Shown: in pieces, positions 51,120 to 63,430 of the stretch
Layout of the letters: every line of letters begins with the position of its first letter
Position numbering within the stretch: the first letter of the stretch is position 1
From: Mustelus asterias
Lineage: Eukaryota
Length of the DNA stretch: 64,000 bases
Assembly (NCBI RefSeq): GCF_964213995.1
Contig: NC_135811.1
Span: forward strand, 16,306,001-16,370,000
Direction of reading: 5' to 3'
Notes under the pieces: generated by a model
Databases searched by the model: none
The model's input: the letters and a program-made list of their open reading frames with translations, nothing else
What the model was told of the DNA's origin: nothing
Made by a program: the position numbers and the translations under genes

Positions 51120-53800
51120 AGCCACTGGGTGCGTAAATCCAGGCCTCCTTCCTCTGGACCTTGATGGCTGCTTGGGTAGTCAATAGTACCTGGTAGACAT
51201 CTGCTGGGAAACAGAACTGATAACACTTGTCAGGTTTTTACAATATTCTTACAAAGTGTTGCTCATCAAGTGGCAATCAGCTTTTCGCAAATCAGTGGTT
51301 CCAGGCAATGACATTGGTCTTCCTGTTAATACTTCAAATGGACTCAGATCTGTGGTCCCATTTGGGGTTGCTCTGATATTACGCAGGATTATTAGTAGTG
51401 CCTGGGGCCGTGGTGTCCCTTCTTGGTGATATTTAGCAAGTCGATCTTTCAGAGTTTGGTTTATTCGCTCCACTTGTCCAGATGATTGTGGGTGATAAGG
51501 ACAGTGTGAATTCCAGCTGCTGTTTAACAGCCTACAGACCTCCTTACAGACAGCACCTGTGAAATGGGTTCCTTGATTGGAGTCAATACTGGATCCCCCC
51601 CATCTGGGAATGTGATCCTTCCCCCCCCCCCCCCCCACCTCCGTTACGGAAAAGTGTACCTGCCGCCGTGAGGAAACCCCTTTTCTGCCATAACTGACCA
51701 AAGTTGTGGGTGACTCCAAAAGCATATCTTGAGTCCATATAAATTTTAGCCGATTGTCCCTCTGCTATCCGACAGGCTTCTTCCAAGGCTCGCACTTCAG
51801 CCTGTTGAACTGACTTTCCGGAGGGTCGACAGCCTTTTGCCACATGTGGTAGTAACTGCCCATCCTGCTTTTCTGACACCGTTGTCAACATAGGAGGAGC
51901 CATCCGTAAAAAGAATGAGACCTGGGTTGGGTAGAGGGTCCTCTGCCGCTAAAGCAGCTTCTTCTGTTTCTTTTAGAAGTTCCACACAATCATGGTCTTC
52001 TCCATATTCTCCCTTCTCGGGAAGCAGGAGCATAGTTGCAGGGTTAATTGGACTAATCCAGGCGAAATGGAGATTGTGGGCTTCCAGAACCACTGTCCAG
52101 TGGGTCCATCGAGCTGCCGTGACCTCCAATACTCTCTGTTCATTGAAAACAAAGCGTGGACTGTGTGGGGACACTTGACAGTTAGCTTCTGATCCAGAAC
52201 AACAGATGCGGTGGCCATTATAGCTCGACAGGTGGCATCCATGGCCCTCAGGTAACTTCTGTATCCAATTTCGCTGAGTAGTAGCCAATAGGCCTTTGCC
52301 GGTCCCCATGTTCCTATGTCAGTATAGCTGTCATAAATCCTTCCTTTTCATGGACAGCAATGTGAAAGGCCTCCCGTTGTTGGGGATTCCTGGTGCCGGT
52401 GTGGAGCACAAAGCATCTTTTCAGGTTCCTGAAAGCCTCTCTCTGTTCTTCCGTGAAGGTAATAGCTTCCTTTGATGCCTGTTTTCCCTTTAAAAGGTTA
52501 TTCAGTGGCTGGGTAAGCTGTGTGTAAGAGTCCACCCAACTTCTGTTAAAGTCCATAGACCCAAAAAGGATCCCAGTTCTTGGACTGTGGTAGGCTGTTT
52601 AGCAGTCCGAATAGCTGTGGCCCTGGCCTGGGTAAGTTCTCCCTTCTCCCTCTGAAATCTTCTGTCCCTGGTACACAACCTCTCTTTGGACTATCTGTTT
52701 GTTCTTTGTTGGTGCTAGCTTTGTGTCCTTGCAGGTGAAGGTGATCCAGCAGGGTGCATAAGTCCTGCATGTTCTGTTTTTCCATGTGGAGGCTGAATAA
52801 CCGTGGAGGCCAATGTGGGTAGTTCTTGCGTAGCTTTGTGTCCTTGCAGGTGAAGGTGATCCAGCAGGGTGCATAAGTCCTGCATGTTCTGTTTTTCCAT
52901 GTGGAGGCTGAATAACCGTGGAGGCCAATGTGGGCTTTGTAAGGCCATCTGAAATACCGTAGGGCTATTGTGAAACCCCTGTGGTAGCCGGGTCCAGGTA
53001 TCCTATTGCTGCTGGACCATAAAGGTAAACGATGGTTGGACCTCAGGTGCTAGCGGCGCCAACCAAAATCCATTAGCCATGTCGATGACTGAGAAGTACT
53101 TATGCTCCGGGGTTAGGGTGTTAAAGATGGTGGAGGGACCCTTTGGCCGTGACTAGAGGGGGTCTTTGATCAATACACTGGCCTTTCTGTAGTCGATGGT
53201 GAAACGCCAAATTCCGTTTGATTTCTTTCCTGGCCACACAGGGCTGTTAGACGAGGTGTGTCTTGACTAGCACGCCTTGTTTCCCCAGTTGTTGAAAAAC
53301 TGGTAGGATGCCAGCGATAGATGTTGAGCTGATGGGGTACTGTCTGGTACAGGATGGTGGTGTTCCAGTGAATGAGGCTGTTTCCATCTGGAGGAGGCCG
53401 CAATCATTCTTATCTTGGGCCTTTATCGGGTGGTTCACCCAATCTTCCTTTTTCAAGGCATTGATAGACCACGTCACCTTACCCTCTTTAAAATCCAAAG
53501 AGGAGTTCAGCTTAATCAGGACGTCCATTCCAAGTAAGGCCTGTTGTACCGGTCCCACCCAAATTCGGGTGGTCACTTCATGAGGACCGAGGTGAATTCT
53601 AGTGGGATTGGTCTGCTGGAGTTTTATATTACCTCCACTTGCCCCTTGTGCTGTTATCAATCGGTCGCCCATGGAGAAATAAATGTCTTTTGTATTTCAG
53701 TGGTAGACAGGTTAATTCTGCTCCGGTTTCCAGGAGACAGTATGTCTTGATCGGCCACCCTCATAGTTATATATATCCCATCTCCCCTCTTCCACTAGCC
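51120..53800 (-). pseudogene. pro-pol pseudogene (PR-RT-tether-RNase H-IN) with deletions and frameshifts
   Basis: ORF fragments 53247-53672, 52314-52556, 51797-52309, 51583-51903 and 51249-51725. YxDD and the integrase HHCC region are missing. Confidence 0.9.
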
Positions 53801-53824
53801 CTGTGAGGGCGAGGGCAGGCACTT

Positions 53825-55283
53825 CTAGTTTTTTTGCTGCGGCTAGCAACACATTTTGTTGCTGTGCAGTGAGCTGCTTAAACTTCTCCAAACGTTCTTC
53901 ATCTTCTGATGCTGAGACTGATAGTGTCCCTGACGTCCTTTATCCCACTGCTTGGCTCAGCATGTTTTTGTCCAGTGACCTTCCTTTCCACAGTAGTGGC
54001 ATTTTCCTGGTAACCTCCCTTTGTGGGGCCCATCCGAATCCTTGGGTTTCCCTCCTGCTTGCAGGGCACTGACTTTCGCCCCCATGTCCTGATCTATTTT
54101 GTTAACACCGCTCCACCAACATCATGAATGTTGTTCCAACTTTGTCCCAGTCTGGTAAGTATAACTTTACCATCTTTGCCAATGGCTTGAGGCCAGTGAC
54201 AAATGCAGCTTTCATGGGTCCAAAAGTACTGGCATCCATTCCTTTGTGTCCATCGTTGTCTATTCCTGAATATTCCGTCCACACAGCCCTAAACCCTTCA
54301 TCATATTTCCAAACCTCTTCTGTACCTCTCTTGACAGGCTGCTATTTTTCCCCAGTCCGTTTTGGAGGGGCCGAATATCTGTAGCCACCGCTTGATGGCG
54401 TCCCATCCTGCATCTAGTTGCTGTTTGTTTTCATCCAGAGCTGTTTCCACCTCCCTTTGTAGTCTCCTTGCCGCTCGTCCGGGCACCATTACGGTTATAA
54501 TCTGAAATCCGTCCCATGGGTGGAGTTGATAAATAGCTTTGAGAAGGTTTAATTGATTCCAGGTCTTCATGCCCCTTTCTTAGGGTGTGGCAGGTCTTTA
54601 GACCACTTATCAATTTTCTCCGGGTCTGCTGCCTGGTGCAGTAGGTGGTAGGCTTACTGGCTTTCACTAGTGGTTTTACCGCCTGCCATAGTTGCCTCAG
54701 GCTTGATCTTGACCAGTTTTTCCTTTAACAGTGTGTGTCTCATGTCAAAAGTCCCTTCTGCAGTGTCGCTGCACTCGCTAGAGTTGCTAGAGGGCCCTGA
54801 GTCTGCTTCTAAGCCAGCCTCGCACACCTGCGTGTCTTGCTGTTCCTTTCCTATCTGCCGGTTGGTAGGGTAACCTGGCCTGCACCCAATACATACTCCT
54901 TTAGACGGCATTGGTTTTTTCAAGATAGGTTTTTAAAATCTCGGTTATAAGCTTTTAAGGGTTTTTGTTTTCAGTCTTAAATCCTGTATTTTCCATTTGT
55001 AACCTCTCTAACTCCTGCTTTTTATTTTCAAATTGTTTGTATACCGCTTTTAGTTGGTTCTTTGCATTGGTCAGATCGTGGGAATTCTTTATGATCTCAT
55101 TTCATTGTCTGATGTGGCCCATGATGACTAAGGACCATCATATACGTTCCTTATCCTTCATACAGGTCATCTTTCCCTAGACCCTCCTTATCTCATCCAA
55201 AGACCACTGTCCCTTGGAGGTTCCGTACTTCTGTTCAATCTCAGTTCAGGTTTTGGGCAAGTCAGAGACCTCAAAATTAGCAT
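53825..55283 (-). pseudogene. gag pseudogene
   Basis: Coiled-coil-like N-terminal part, central ...YQLHPWDG...TDWGKIAACQ...WTEYSG..., and a single CX2CX4HX4C at 53960-54001. The start at about 55283 is inferred. Confidence 0.75.
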
Positions 55284-58200
55284 TTTAATCCCACTACAAT
55301 GCTGCTTATTAGTTGTCAAACCAGTGCAATATATATAATATTTTTGTTTAGCATTAAAATTACAGTGTACCATACTTTTGGTTTAGTTCTTAAATACATC
55401 ATTAACCAAAAATGATGTTTTTGATTTGTTTTAACTAAGGAATGCGGCAACATGTTCGCTGTAGAAAACCTTTTAAAACTGAGGATATTCTACAATTCAA
55501 TTTTCTAGCTTTATTAATAAAAGTGATTGCCATGACTCTTGATTTTTTTTTCTGTGGGAATATGATCTATTAATCAAATGTAGATTAGCCGTAGCTTAGT
55601 GGGTAGCACTCTTGCCTTTGAGGTTCTCCGTACAAGTCCCACTCTAGGACTTGAACACGAAAATCTACACTGAAATTCCACTGCTGCACTCTTGGAGGTG
55701 CATTTTTCGTAAAAGACATTCTCCTTTAAAAAATTTTGTTTTAAAGTTATTTTTATTTCCTGCTGACCTTGCAAAATTTCCTTCTCCTGTGCTTCTGCAG
55801 AGCATGTCCTCAGATGACATCTGTGACATTTGATTTTCATTTAGGTTAACAGTGCAATTTTAGAAACTGTTGGAAATAGTGTGCTTATTGCATTTTAAGG
55901 CACATTTGAAAGTCTGACAAATAGTTAACAGTCATGTTTAACCATAGGTTTTGAAAGGACTACTGTAGATGATAGGTTACCAGTCTCAGCTGAGTTGAAT
56001 ACATGCTGAGTGGAAGCTTTATGTTTCCTCAAAGGGAATGAAATCAGATGAGATGTAGAGTCACTGCTGAGTACTTTCACACACAGTCGACTGGCCAGTT
56101 TCAGGGTGACAATAATTTGTGTTTCTAAGAGGAATTGTAATGCATAAATGGATATCTCAGAACTTTGTAGTGTTCAACAAAGAGTGAATGTTGACCAGGG
56201 AGGAAAAATTAAGGGGAGGAGTTGGAAGGGGGTCAAAATCAGGCTTTTGAAACAGGGAGGCAAGTGATAAGGCAGAAGTGTTGTGAAGGAGTCCAAAGAA
56301 CTGAACTTAATGGTTGGAAGGGCTACTGATGTTGATGAGGGAGCAACAAATGCAAATTAGCCTGTCTCGAGAGCAAATTCGTACATGGCTGAAGGAGACC
56401 ACCATGGTAGGAAGTGATGAAGCTTTGCATGGATTCAAGGATGAACAATCTCTGAGGAGTCATTTGAACGTAGGAAGTAAAGTTTGATGGAAATGTGTGT
56501 ATGTAGACACAGTTTATGAGGGGCAGCAAGGGAGGCATTGAAGAAGTCCAGGGCAAAGGAAATAAAAGCATGGATTAGGTTTTTCTTGGCAGAGGGCAGG
56601 AAAACGGGGAGAAACTGTCAATGTTTCAGGATGAAAGAATGTGTTCTGGATGACTGATTAAATTGGAGGGAGGAAGTGGAGGTCAAATAAAGTAAGACAA
56701 CATGTCAGTATTCCAAACTCCAGTGGTTGTCTGAGATAGCATCTAGGAAGGCTGATGGTTAGAGATGCAAGAACAAAGAAAATGGCTTCAGCTTTCTCTG
56801 CACCTGGCTGGAGGAGGGTTTGGCTTATCCTAGTCTTAGTTTTGAGCAGCACAGCATTTTTGGGTGGCATGGTTGCACAGTGGTTTGCACTACTGCCTCA
56901 CAGCGCCAGGGCCCCGAGTTCGATTGAACCAAGGTTTTTAAAAATAAACTTCTGTTGTAGGATATTGGGATTTTATGCTATTTGTTTGTGTAATATTAAT
57001 ATTTGAGAATTCTGACAATGACTTGGATACAAGATATATTAAAAGTTTTCAATATATTGCAAAAGTTGACTTTTTCCTGTTTCCTAAAGCTAGTTTTTCA
57101 GTATTGTACTTTTCATAAAAGGTGTAGAGTATTTCAGAGAATGTAATTGAAGAGTTAACCACACTATTACACTTGTTAGGGAAGGAGTAGTTTGTGCAGT
57201 GCACCTGTACATTGTTAAGCTTTTATAGGCTTAGCTTTACAAGCAGAATTTGATCTTTGCCAGCTGAAGCATATTTGAGCAAACCTTTGTGAATCTGATG
57301 GATTGCGAGGAAAGGAATAGTGGCGATGTCTATTTTCTAAGATAGAATCCAGCCGTTCCATTTCTGTATAGGATATATTTTACTGAGCAAAGAAGGATCT
57401 AAAATAGTGTAAACAATGGGATGTTCTTCTGCTTATACTGAGGAGTGTATTTGTGAAACTGCAGCGTAACCCTAGTCTGTGATATTCTTGGAGTGCGGTA
57501 TTTAGCTTGAAGCTTCACCTGCTTGGAACGCCAAAGTTTAACTAGTTGGTGGTGAAGGTGGATTTGCAGCTGGCATTTCGAAGGCCAGTATTTTCTGCAA
57601 ACACCAGAATGAATGAAGCATGATGCTTAGAAACTTAATTACAGCATTAATAAGAAATTTAAATATGTTTTTAAGAAATGCAGTTGTAGTATTTAATAAT
57701 TTAAATAAAAGTTCCCAGTTTAGTTCTACTCAACGTTTTAGTTATGTTACTTTGAAGTGCCGACAATTAATGGCTGACAATTTCTCTATAAGTAAACAAG
57801 TAAATTGGTTATGAAGTAAAAATAGCCAATTACTTAACAAATCAGAGCTGGACAAACTGCACAGTGATGCAGTTATTACATTTAGCTATAAACCTTTTAG
57901 AGAGACTTATTGCATAAGGAGCCTAAAATCTAGGTGGATGATTTGGAGAGCTCGGGTTCGGTGTTGCACAAAATGAAGCGCTCCTTCATTTATGCATTGC
58001 ATTTAAAGGCTAACTATGAACTGCGTGCAAATGTGTATGCGACAAAATGACACAGCTTGCATTATCTGCAGTATCTTCCATCACAAAGATAATCATGTAT
58101 TTTTGGGATGTATTCACCACCAGGAATTATTCATTACTTCTCCTATTTCTTATCTTACAAATAAATGGCTGCTAGGCCACTCCAGAGGGCAGTTAAGACA

Positions 58201-59369
58201 TTGGCATGGGACTGGAGTCAAATATAGGTCAGGCAAAATTGGCAGCTTTCTTTCCCCAAAGAACATTGCAATCTTCCCGAAAGGTTTTTACACAAATCCA
58301 ACTATGCACACCAGATCTTTAAAAATTGAATTAAAATTCTCAAACAAATGCACAGCAGGTCTGGCAGCATCTGTGGAGAGAGAAACAGTTAATAATTCAG
58401 GTTGTGAACTTTCATCAGAGTTTTGGTTGTTATCAAAATTCCCAAACTGCCTTAGTGATATTTTAATATATGTTCTATGGATTATTAGTGGTGGTTATGG
58501 TAACACTGCTGCCACAATACCATACCATTCATTTAGAAGCATGCTTCACATTGCCATGGGAGTTTCATGCTAAATAGTTACTACATAAAACTTGGTTCTT
58601 AGCAACTAAAACTTCACAGCGATCTTTAGTCTGTGATTTGCACTGCCTTCTTGTATGGCATTATTTGAATTTGGTTTTTATGTTTTGGTATGAAAAGGTT
58701 ATTAATCCCTCTGTAGTCGCTCCACTTCCCATCACCGCAACCGTCTCCAGTGCTGTGTCCCATCATTGGCTGCTATGCCTTCAGCTATCTTGGTCCCATA
58801 CTGAGGCATTCCCTTCTTAACTCCTCTCCACCTCTTCCCCCTTTTTATCTTAATGACCCTTCTTAAAACCCACCTTTGTTCAATCCTTTGGCCGTATTAG
58901 CTCCTCCATTGACTTTTGTCACTGCTTTTCCACATTAAAAGCACATGCGTAAGCACAAGTTGTTTAATTAATTTCCATGTTACTGAATTGGATCAAATGT
59001 GTTTCTTCTTGTTTATAATCTTGTTTTTTACTCCATGCCTTCCCTGTGTTCAGTGCCACAGGAGATCAGTTGATAGTACTTTCATGGCATTTTAATTTTC
59101 ACCCTTGTCTTATGTTCTGTGGCACAATGAACTATCCCAGTCCCAGACCAAGAGAATAAGGAAGTGCCCATTCTGTGGCCTCAGCTATTGATGTTTTGAA
59201 ATCAGGCTGTGATTTTGGGTGGTGTTGAGGGAGTTGCAGGTTATTCCCCATGTTTTCCCTGCCTATTTATAGTCAAGCAGCTGGACTCACTAAGGACCTC
59301 ATTGGGGTGTAATGGATATAATCAACTACAAAGTCCACTCCAAAGTACATGTGTTATTAAGTTTTAAAT

Positions 59370-60270
59370 AGTTTAATATTAGAGAAAGAGGCTTATAATG
59401 TTGCCAAAACAGTAGTAAGGTTGAGGATTGAGAGGATTTAAACTTAAGCAAAGGACGACAAAGAAATTGATAAAGAAAGGGCCATTAGGATATCAGAGTG
59501 AATGGGTTATAAAAGCTACTATAGATAAGGAAAGGGTTGTTAGCAAGAGCAAACTTGATTCCTTTGAGGATAAAATAAGAGAAATTATAATGGGACAGAA
59601 GGAAATGACAGACATTAAATGAATAGTTTGTATCTGTCTACACAGTAGAAGACAAAAAGCATTTCAAAGTATTGGCGAATCGAGGGTATGGTGAAAATAA
59701 GGGATTTAACGATGATGGCATTATTGAAGAAATAGTACTGGAGGAATTAATGGGACGAGAAAACCAACAGGCTTGATGGCCTATATCCTGTCAATGTCTT
59801 ATCAACTACATCATTGAGGTTTAATGGTAATTAAATTGTTAAAAAGGTGATGGGTATTTGTACACCCCCAAAAGAATATAAATGATGATAGCTGGGATAC
59901 TGGTAAGTGGAGTAGTGTTGATTGTGAACTAATAAAATCTCTCTAGCAAAGAAAGCTGTTGTATCTTAGTTTAAACTTCACATACCAGTGGGGATCCAAT
60001 TAACACCCTAGAGTTTTAACAGAGGTGACTACAGAGATAATAGGCACATTGGTTTTGATCTTCCAGAATTCCCTAGACTCTAGAATAGATCCCGTGGATT
60101 GGGAGGTAGCAAATGTAACCCTGCTATTCAAGAGAGGTGGCCTGACATCAGTGGGAGGAAATATATTGGAATATATTATTAGGGGATATAGCAGTGGAGC
60201 ACTGAGAAAATCATAATATGATTGGGTAGAAGCAAGATGGATTTCTGAAAAGAGAAATACTTTGTGGTAA
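59370..60270 (+). mobile_element. Old CR1 internal fragments
   Basis: LIFQNSLDSRIDPVDWEVANVTLLFKRG, with upstream decayed ORF2. Confidence 0.7.
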
Positions 60271-60279
60271 ATATGAGAC

Positions 60280-61510
60280 CTTAAGACATAGGACAGAATT
60301 AGGCCACTCAGCCCATCGAGTCTGCTCCACCACTCCATCATGGCTGATATTTTTCTCATCCCCATTCTCTTGCCTTTTCCCCATAACCCCTGATCCCCTT
60401 ATTAATCAAAAACTTATCTATCTCTGTCTTAAAGACACTCAATGACCTGGCCTCCACAGCCTTCTGCGGCAAAGAGTTCCACAGATTCACCACTCTCTGG
60501 GGCTGAAGAAATTCCTCCTCATCTCTGTTTTAAAGGACCACCCCTTTAGCCTGAGGTTGTGCCGTCAGGTTCTTGTTTTTCCTGCTCGTGGAAACATCCT
60601 CTCCATGTCCACTCTATCCAGGCCTTGCAGTATCCTGTAAGTTTCAATAAGATCCCCCCTCATCCTTCTAAACTCCAACGAGTACAGACCCAGAGTCCTC
60701 AACCATTCCTCATACGACAAGCTCTTCATTCCAGGTATCATTCTTGTGAACCTCCTCTGGACCCCTTTCCAAGGCCAGCACATCCTTGGATATGGGGCCC
60801 AAAACTGCTCACAATACTCGAACTGGAGTCTGACCAGAGCCTTACACAGCCTCAGAAGTACATCCCTGCTCTTGTATTCTAGCCCTCTCGACATTAATGC
60901 TAACATTGCATTTGCCTTCCTAACTGCTGACTGAACCTGCACGTTAACCTTAAGAGAATCTTGAACAATGACTCTTAAGTCCCTTTGTGTTTCTGATTTC
61001 CTAAGCATTTCCCCCTTTAGAAAATAGTCTATGCTTCCATTCCTCCTTCCAAAGTGCATAACCTCACACTTTTCCACATTGTATTCCATCTGCCACTTCT
61101 TTGCCCACTCTCCTAACCTGTCCAAGTCCTTCTGCAGCCCCCTGCTTCCTCAATACTATCTATCCCTCTACATATCTTTGTATCATCTGCAAACTCAGCA
61201 ACAGTGCCTTCCGTTCTTTCTTCGAAATTGTTAATGTATATTGTGAAAAGTTGTGGTCCCAGCACTGACCCCTGAGGCACACCACTAGTCACCGGCTGCC
61301 ACCCTGAAAAAGACTCCTTTATCCCCACTCTCTGCCTTCTGCCAGTCAGCCAAACCTCTATCCATGCCAGGATCTTACCCTTAACACCATGGGCTCTTAA
61401 CTTATTTAACAGTCTCTGATGCGGCACTATGTCAAAGGCCTTCTGGAAATCTAAATAAATCACGTCCACTGGTTCTCCTTTATCTAACTTCCTTGTTATC
61501 TCCTCAAAGA
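60280..61510 (-). mobile_element. 5'-truncated CR1 LINE
   Basis: ORFs 61113-61469 ([21 protein letters not shown]) and 60565-61125, plus 3' UTR. Confidence 0.92.
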
Positions 61511-62189
61511 GCTATGTGGTATACTTGTTTTGAGTGTGGGCCTGACCAACGTATAAAATTTGAACTGCGCATGTGCAGCCCTTTCCCAGCTGGTGCATGC
61601 GCTGGAGGCCCAAAGTTTGTCGGGACTTGGAGATGCCAACCATGAAGCTGAAGCCAAAGCACATTTGGGCCTTCACTGCACGCTGGTGGGAACCACTACT
61701 TTAACTAATGGGGTACCACAAGGATCAGTGCTTGAATCTCAGCTATTTATAATCTATGTTAATGACTTAGATTTGATGGGAGATAGTGGTCAAGTCAGTA
61801 GACTGGTCTAATGCTATATCCTCTGGGCACATGGGTCCAAATTCCACCACGGCAGCTGGTGAAATTTAAATTCAATGAATAAATTCAACTAAATAATCAA
61901 AAGAAAACCAGGAATGAAAGCTAGCCTCGGTAATAGTGACCATGAAACCAGATCAATTGTCATTAAAACCCATCTGGTTCACTACTCTGGTAACTTCATG
62001 TAACTCCAGACCCACCACAATGTAGTTCACCCTCAAAGGGCAATTGGGGATGGGTAGATGGACAATAAATGCTAGCATTGTCAGTGTAACCCACATCCCA
62101 TGAAAGAAATGTTTTTAAAAATCTCAGTTCACTATGGGAAAATAAGCTGTGAGGAGAGCACGGAGGCTGCAAAAGTATTTCAGCATGTT

Positions 62190-63430
62190 AATTTTTAAAA
62201 ATTCATTGAAGGGATGTGGGCGTCACTGGTTAGATCAGCATTTATTGCCCATCCCTAGTTGCCTTCATAAGGCAGTGATGAGCTGTCGTCTGTATAGTGC
62301 TGTTAGGGAGGGAATTCCAGGATTTTGACTCAGTGACAGTGAAGGAATGGCAATACATTTCCAAGTCAGGATGGTGAGAAACTTGGAAGGGAAACTCCAG
62401 GTGTTGGAGTTCTTAGGTATCTGCTGCTCTTGTCCTTCTAGATGGTAGTAGTTGTGAGTTTTGAAAGTGCCTCCTAAGGAACTTGGGTGAGCTTCTACAG
62501 TGCATCATGTGGGTGGTGTACACGGTGGTGAGCTGTTGTCTGCAGGTGCACCCATAGTGCACCCATGGTGTACACAGCTACCACTGTTTGTCAATGGTGG
62601 AGAGAGTGAATTTTTGTGAAAGTGGTAGCAATCATGTGAGTTGATTTACCCTGGATGGTGTCAAGCTTCTTGAGTGTTGTTGGAGCTGCACTCATCCAGG
62701 CAAGTGGGGAGTATTCAATTACACATCTGACTTGTGCCTTGTAAATGGTGGACAGGCTTTGGGGAGTCAGGAGATGAGTTACTTTCTGCAGGATTCCTAG
62801 GCTTTGACCTGCTCTAGTAGTAAAAGCATTTATATGGCTAGTCCAGTTCAGTTCCTGGTCAATGTAATCTTCAGGATATTGATGGTGGGGATTCAGTGAT
62901 GGTAATGCCGTTGAATGTCAAGGAGCAATGATTAGATCCTTTCTAGTTGGAGATGGTCATTTGCCCGGCACTTGTGTGGCACAAATGTTACTTGCCACTT
63001 GTCAGCCCACACTGGGATATTGTCCAGGCCTTGCTGCATTTGGACATGGACTGCTTCAGTTTCTGAGGAGTTGTGAATGGTACTGAACAATCAGTGAACA
63101 TCCCCACTTGTCATTGATGAAGAAGCTGAAGATGGTTGTGCCTAAGACACTAGAGTCCCTGTAACTTTTCCAATGCCTAATTCATTTAACCTTCACATCT
63201 TGGGACACTAAGGGGCAACTTAGCCTGGTCAATCCACCTAACCTGCACATCTTTGAACTGTGGGAGAAAACTGGAGCACCCAGAGGAAACTCATGCAGAC
63301 GTGGGGAGAATGTACAAACTCCACACAGACAGTCACGCAAATCTGGAATTGAATGTGAAGCTGTGAGGCAGCGCTGCTAACCACTGAGCCACCGTGTTGC
63401 CCTGAGGAACTTCTGCAGTAATGTCCTGGA
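62190..63430 (-). mobile_element. Family-2 CR1/L2-group LINE fragment with a nested HE1-like SINE (63152-63402, -), itself inside a + strand CR1
   Basis: Family-2 tail at 62190-62290. The body rejoins across the SINE (gacacta|ccctgagg). Confidence 0.75.

Larger units (their letters stand above)
50145..55283 (-). mobile_element. Decayed endogenous retrovirus-like provirus (gag-pro-pol, env remnant, 3' LTR; no 5' LTR found)
   Basis: Domains in retroviral order: gag with CHYCGKEGHWTKTC, protease CLLETGAELT, RT (FSVIDMANGFW, WTRLPQGFHNSP), tether, RNase H (LFTDGSS, QQAEVRAL, IYMDSRYAFG), integrase (DSNQGTHF, HPQSSGQVER, YQVLLTTQAAIKV), TM segment, PPT and LTR. Confidence 0.9.

Noticed and set aside
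55284-55600. 5' LTR and primer-binding site of the provirus
   Set aside because: I found no copy of 50145-50656 and no convincing PBS upstream of gag.
61560-61690. NRF1-like GCGCATGTGC / GTGCATGCGC pair
   Set aside because: It sits between LINE fragments with no CpG-island context, so it is likely repeat-derived.
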